Virus record (IMG/VR): IMGVR_UViG_3300032268_000832
Span: 124,001 to 188,000 of that record
Direction: 5' to 3' (one strand)
Length of the DNA stretch: 64,000 nt
Below the pieces are notes generated by a model. The model saw only the letters and a program-made list of their open reading frames with translations, ran no database searches and was not told the DNA's origin. This document shows positions 61,272 through 64,000 of this stretch, piece after piece. Numbering within the stretch: the stretch's first letter is position 1; each line of letters starts with the position of its first letter. The position numbers and the translations under genes were made by a program.

Positions 61272-61499
61272 ATGGAAACTAATAGAACAATACAAGCTTT
61301 ATTGATGAGTTATTCCACTGACCAACTTATGGTTGAAGATGATTTGGAAAGAGCTATCAATGATAAAAATAAACCTCTAACTGAAAAATTAATTGAGGTT
61401 AAACGATTGTTGGTAAAATTAACAACAATTGAACAAAGCGTGGTTAAACTACAAGCTATGCTACAAAATAACAATAATAATGATTTAAAAAAAGATTAA
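61272..61499 (+). CDS. Hypothetical coiled-coil protein
   Basis: 75-aa ORF. Confidence 0.5.
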   Translation: METNRTIQALLMSYSTDQLMVEDDLERAINDKNKPLTEKLIEVKRLLVKLTTIEQSVVKLQAMLQNNNNNDLKKD

Positions 61500-61501
61500 A
61501 A

Positions 61502-61681
61502 ATGGAAAATTTTAACGAATTAAAAGAAACATTATTAGCATTAGAAGAAGATGTTAATAAATTTTATGAAAAAAACAATAAAGCAGCTGGTGTAAGACTT
61601 AGAAAAGGATTGCAAGATATCAAAGCTATGGCTCAAACTATTAGAGTAGACGTTTCTACTAAAAATAAAGAATCTAAATAA
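61502..61681 (+). CDS. Histone H1-like (Hc1-family) small DNA-binding protein; not in ORF track
   Basis: Manual translation MENFNELKETLLALEEDVNKFYEKNNKAAGVRLRKGLQDIKAMAQTIRVDVSTKNKESK*; NKAAGxRxRK is the Hc1 / Bacteroidota 'histone H1' signature. Confidence 0.8.
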   Translation: MENFNELKETLLALEEDVNKFYEKNNKAAGVRLRKGLQDIKAMAQTIRVDVSTKNKESK

Positions 61682-61688
61682 TAAAAAT

Positions 61689-61901
61689 ATGTTTGAAGTT
61701 TTACTTAATAAATTATTTATGTTTTTGTTTTTCGTTTCATTACTAAATTCAATTAGACATGCATATTATTTTATCCAAGCAATTGTTTCATCAACTGAGG
61801 AACAACAATTAAAATATGTGATTTCAAAAACATCATTAATATTGTTAGGTTTATCAATAGGATATATTTTATCTGTTATTTTTACAGGTATTAAAATTTA
61901 A
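61689..61901 (+). CDS. Small two-TM membrane protein
   Basis: 70 aa with two hydrophobic segments. Confidence 0.55.
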   Translation: MFEVLLNKLFMFLFFVSLLNSIRHAYYFIQAIVSSTEEQQLKYVISKTSLILLGLSIGYILSVIFTGIKI

Positions 61902-61905
61902 AAAT

Positions 61906-62574
61906 ATGTCAAGTATTCAAAAAGCTTTAGATTCATTACAGCCTTATGTTATAGGTATTAGGTATCTAGAAGGATTACCTTTAATTGATACAGTGTTTAA
62001 AGAAGGGTGGACAGTTCCAGAGGACCCAGCAATCACTAAAGTTAAGGGTGATGAAGGAATGAATTACTATATGATTTATAGTGAAAAAAAAGGGATTGGG
62101 ATTGATGAATTATTGTCTTTTGTTGATAAAACAATTAAATTAAATCTTGAAAGAGAAAAAAAACATGAATTATTAAGAGTTAAAGTTGAAGAACTTAAAA
62201 AATTATTTAAAGAAAATTCATTAACAAAACTTTCTAGATTAAAATTTAGTTTTTCAGAAGAAGACATAGTGCCGTCTTTAGGTGAGTTTGATTTAAACAT
62301 AGACGAAGATGTTGAACCACAAGACATCCAACCAAGTGAAAATTATCAAGAACCTATTATCTATACTTCTGAAATGATAGACAATATGGGTGTTGAAGAA
62401 ATGTCTGAAACAATGACAACTCCACAATACTTAGATGAAAACGGAAAACCAATTCAATTTACAGAAGAAGAATTGGAAATGATGGAAGAAGAAGCGAGAG
62501 CTGAAAGAAATCGAAAAATGTTTAAAAACAAAAAAAACGGGATGGCTAGCAAAATAGAGTTACCACCTAGATAA
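61906..62574 (+). CDS. Hypothetical protein
   Basis: 222 aa with coiled coil and acidic C-terminus. Confidence 0.6.
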   Translation: MSSIQKALDSLQPYVIGIRYLEGLPLIDTVFKEGWTVPEDPAITKVKGDEGMNYYMIYSEKKGIGIDELLSFVDKTIKLNLEREKKHELLRVKVEELKKLFKENSLTKLSRLKFSFSEEDIVPSLGEFDLNIDEDVEPQDIQPSENYQEPIIYTSEMIDNMGVEEMSETMTTPQYLDENGKPIQFTEEELEMMEEEARAERNRKMFKNKKNGMASKIELPPR

Positions 62575-62606
62575 AAAAAAGCCTTAGAAATTTCTAAGGC
62601 TTTTTT
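62575..62606. terminator. Bidirectional terminator between convergent genes
   Basis: AAAAAAGCCTTAGAAA-TTTCTAAGGCTTTTTT with A/T tracts on both sides. Confidence 0.85.
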
Positions 62607-62622
62607 AATTAAAACAATAACA

Positions 62623-62958
62623 TTAAGAAAATGCTCTTTCAAGTAACTCTTGAAAAGTATGTATCAACCAGACTCCTCCAGCTGATAATAATCCGTTTAG
62701 GAAAATCACTAAATAAAAATCGGTTACGCCCATAGAGCCAACAGGTGTTAAATCTGAATAACCAAAATAAATAAAAATGAACGATATCGCAAAACCCATC
62801 CATGTACCTAAGCACATAAAACAAGTGAATAGTTTATGTAAACTATAACCACCAGTCCCATATTTACTTAAGAAATTTCTGAAACTTTCGAATAAAGACC
62901 CATAAATTAAATTATTACATGCCCCATAACAAATCAGTAAAAAAACAATTGTATTCAT
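62623..62958 (-). CDS. Membrane protein with CxxC motif (DUF1360-like)
   Basis: Three hydrophobic segments, LFTCFMCLGTWMG. Only credible minus-strand gene; has its own promoter and a shared terminator. Confidence 0.65.
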   Translation of the reverse strand: MNTIVFLLICYGACNNLIYGSLFESFRNFLSKYGTGGYSLHKLFTCFMCLGTWMGFAISFIFIYFGYSDLTPVGSMGVTDFYLVIFLNGLLSAGGVWLIHTFQELLERAFS

Positions 62959-62967
62959 AATTTTTAT

Positions 62968-62998
62968 TAAATATAAACATAATATATAAATTAGTCAA
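62968..62998 (-). promoter_or_regulatory. Promoter for the minus-strand membrane gene
   Basis: On the - strand TTGACT(62998-93)-N17-TATATTTA(62975-68); back-to-back with + strand ATATTTAT at 62998. Confidence 0.55.
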
Positions 62999-63018
62999 TA
63001 TTTATAATAAAAAAAAAC

Positions 63019-63192
63019 ATGAAGAATTTTATAAAAAAATTACTTAGAGAAACCATAGATAGAATCATAAAATGTAAAAAATGTGGTTGGTCTTGGAAAG
63101 AATCTGAATCTTCAAAAGAAGATTTGTATGTTTGTCATAAATGTGGGTTTGATAATGAATCAAATTATATTGACAAAAACAAAAATAACTAG
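63019..63192 (+). CDS. Small Zn-ribbon protein; not in ORF track
   Basis: Manual translation MKNFIKKLLRETIDRIIKCKKCGWSWKESESSKEDLYVCHKCGFDNESNYIDKNKNN*; two CxxC pairs; ATATTTAT upstream. Confidence 0.7.
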   Translation: MKNFIKKLLRETIDRIIKCKKCGWSWKESESSKEDLYVCHKCGFDNESNYIDKNKNN

Positions 63193-63200
63193 TATATTTA
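63170..63200 (+). promoter_or_regulatory. Promoter TTGACA-N17-TATATTTA
   Basis: TTGACA 63170-75 and TATATTTA 63193-200; ATG at 63213. Confidence 0.55.
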
Positions 63201-63212
63201 ATAAAAAAAAAT

Positions 63213-63428
63213 ATGGACGATAAAATAATAAGTAGAGAACAGTCGTTGGCTGATAAAGATGTGTTGGTTGAAAAATATAAAACAGCACTTAAAAAAACAC
63301 AATTTATAAACGAAGTTAAAAACGGCCTTGGTGATGAGATTAAAAAGAACCCAAAACCTAAAGTGATTAAAAAAAGCTTCACATCAAAAATAATATCAGC
63401 AATAAAAAAAGTGTTTACTAAATTTTAA
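63213..63428 (+). CDS. Hypothetical basic protein
   Basis: 71-aa ORF. Confidence 0.55.
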   Translation: MDDKIISREQSLADKDVLVEKYKTALKKTQFINEVKNGLGDEIKKNPKPKVIKKSFTSKIISAIKKVFTKF

Positions 63429-63429
63429 T

Positions 63430-63663
63430 ATGAACTTTGATAAATTAATTGAAACAGTTTCCGAAATATTCGAAAATGAGAAAATAGAAAAAAATGGTCT
63501 GGTGCTAACCTACCAATTACATCCAAAAGCCCACTTGTCGATGAACTTAGAATTACTACAAAAAACACAAGGTGTTAATACCAATTTTGAACCAGTTGAT
63601 GAATTTGAAGTTGAAATTAGTGGTATTTTAATAAAATTTGTTAAAAAAAATTACGAAGAATAA
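63430..63663 (+). CDS. Hypothetical protein
   Basis: 77-aa ORF. Confidence 0.55.
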   Translation: MNFDKLIETVSEIFENEKIEKNGLVLTYQLHPKAHLSMNLELLQKTQGVNTNFEPVDEFEVEISGILIKFVKKNYEE

Positions 63664-63694
63664 AAAAAAGTAGTATATTTGCCAAAAATAATTA

Positions 63695-64000
63695 ATGGCA
63701 AAGACAAAGAAAATACTTGAAGACTTTGGTGATTACGATTATGTAGTCGGATTAGACGAGGTTGGTCGTGGAGCTGGCGCTGGGCCAGTTGTAACAGCAG
63801 CTGTGATAATGCCTAAGGGTTTTAAATCAGAACTAATAAGAGATAGCAAACAACTTACCGAAAAACAACGCAAAGACGCATACAAATTAATTATGGATAA
63901 TGCGATTGATGTTGTATGCGAAGCTGTCTCAGCCATTGATATCAACGAAATAGGTATCAACCCAGCAACATTCAAAGCAATGCACCTATGTTTAGATAAA
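63695..64000 (+). CDS. rnhB: Ribonuclease HII (5' part, truncated by window end); not in ORF track
   Basis: MAKTKKILEDFGDYDYVVGLDEVGRGAGAGPVVTAAVIMP..IRDSKQLTEKQR; DEVGRG and DSK motifs; TATATTTG at 63674. Confidence 0.9.
   Translation, partial: MAKTKKILEDFGDYDYVVGLDEVGRGAGAGPVVTAAVIMPKGFKSELIRDSKQLTEKQRKDAYKLIMDNAIDVVCEAVSAIDINEIGINPATFKAMHLCLDK

Noticed and set aside
1040-63975. Many short minus-strand and alternate-frame ORFs in the track (e.g. 1040-1264, 19245-19607, 20040-20423, 43035-43385, 49120-49542, 53186-53548, 63065-63382, 63739-63975)
   Set aside because: They lie inside or antisense to well-supported + strand genes and have no motifs or promoters. 63739-63975 is the shadow of RNase HII, and 63065-63382 overlaps the Zn-ribbon and 63213 genes.
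1-64000. Stop-codon reassignment (TAG/TGA recoding as in some Bacteroidota phages)
   Set aside because: Long ORFs are intact in the standard code with high coding density, and TAG (16480, 63192) and TGA (61225) act as plausible stops.

Overview
This 64 kb window is AT-rich, densely coding and almost entirely on the + strand. It comes from a large tailed (myovirus-like, probably jumbo) bacteriophage, most likely infecting Bacteroidota. Host evidence: TAnnTTTG '-7' promoter boxes, A-rich initiation regions without Shine-Dalgarno sites, a sigma-70 resembling the Bacteroidota primary sigma, SprB-like repeats, an Hc1-type small protein and a Q-rule signal peptide. Blocks alternate. (i) 36-10513: baseplate genes (tube-like protein with an inserted OmpA-like domain, gp53/LysM-like protein, 2083-aa hub with lysozyme-like and SGNH domains). 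(ii) 12791-21111: SSB, RecA/UvsX, 5'-3' exonuclease, DnaB, NrdB, NrdA. (iii) 21219-45303: gp25, gp6, large Cys-rich wedge/fibre proteins, a lone minimal nucleotidyltransferase and two tail-collar paralogues. (iv) 45351-53342: RuvC, primase, PD-(D/E)XK nuclease, Mre11/Rad50 and sigma-70. (v) 53373-64000: membrane/lysis candidates, acidic putative head-internal proteins, a GH19 endolysin and RNase HII (truncated by the window). Three + strand genes missing from the ORF track were read manually: Hc1-like (61502-61681), Zn-ribbon (63019-63192) and RNase HII (63695 to the end). The main non-coding signal is a two-class promoter code: TTG-N20-TAnnTTTG before DNA-metabolism genes and ATATTTATW before virion/lysis genes. 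No tRNA, rRNA, CRISPR array, intein or stop-codon recoding was seen. All family assignments are by-eye motif recognition; no database searches were run.
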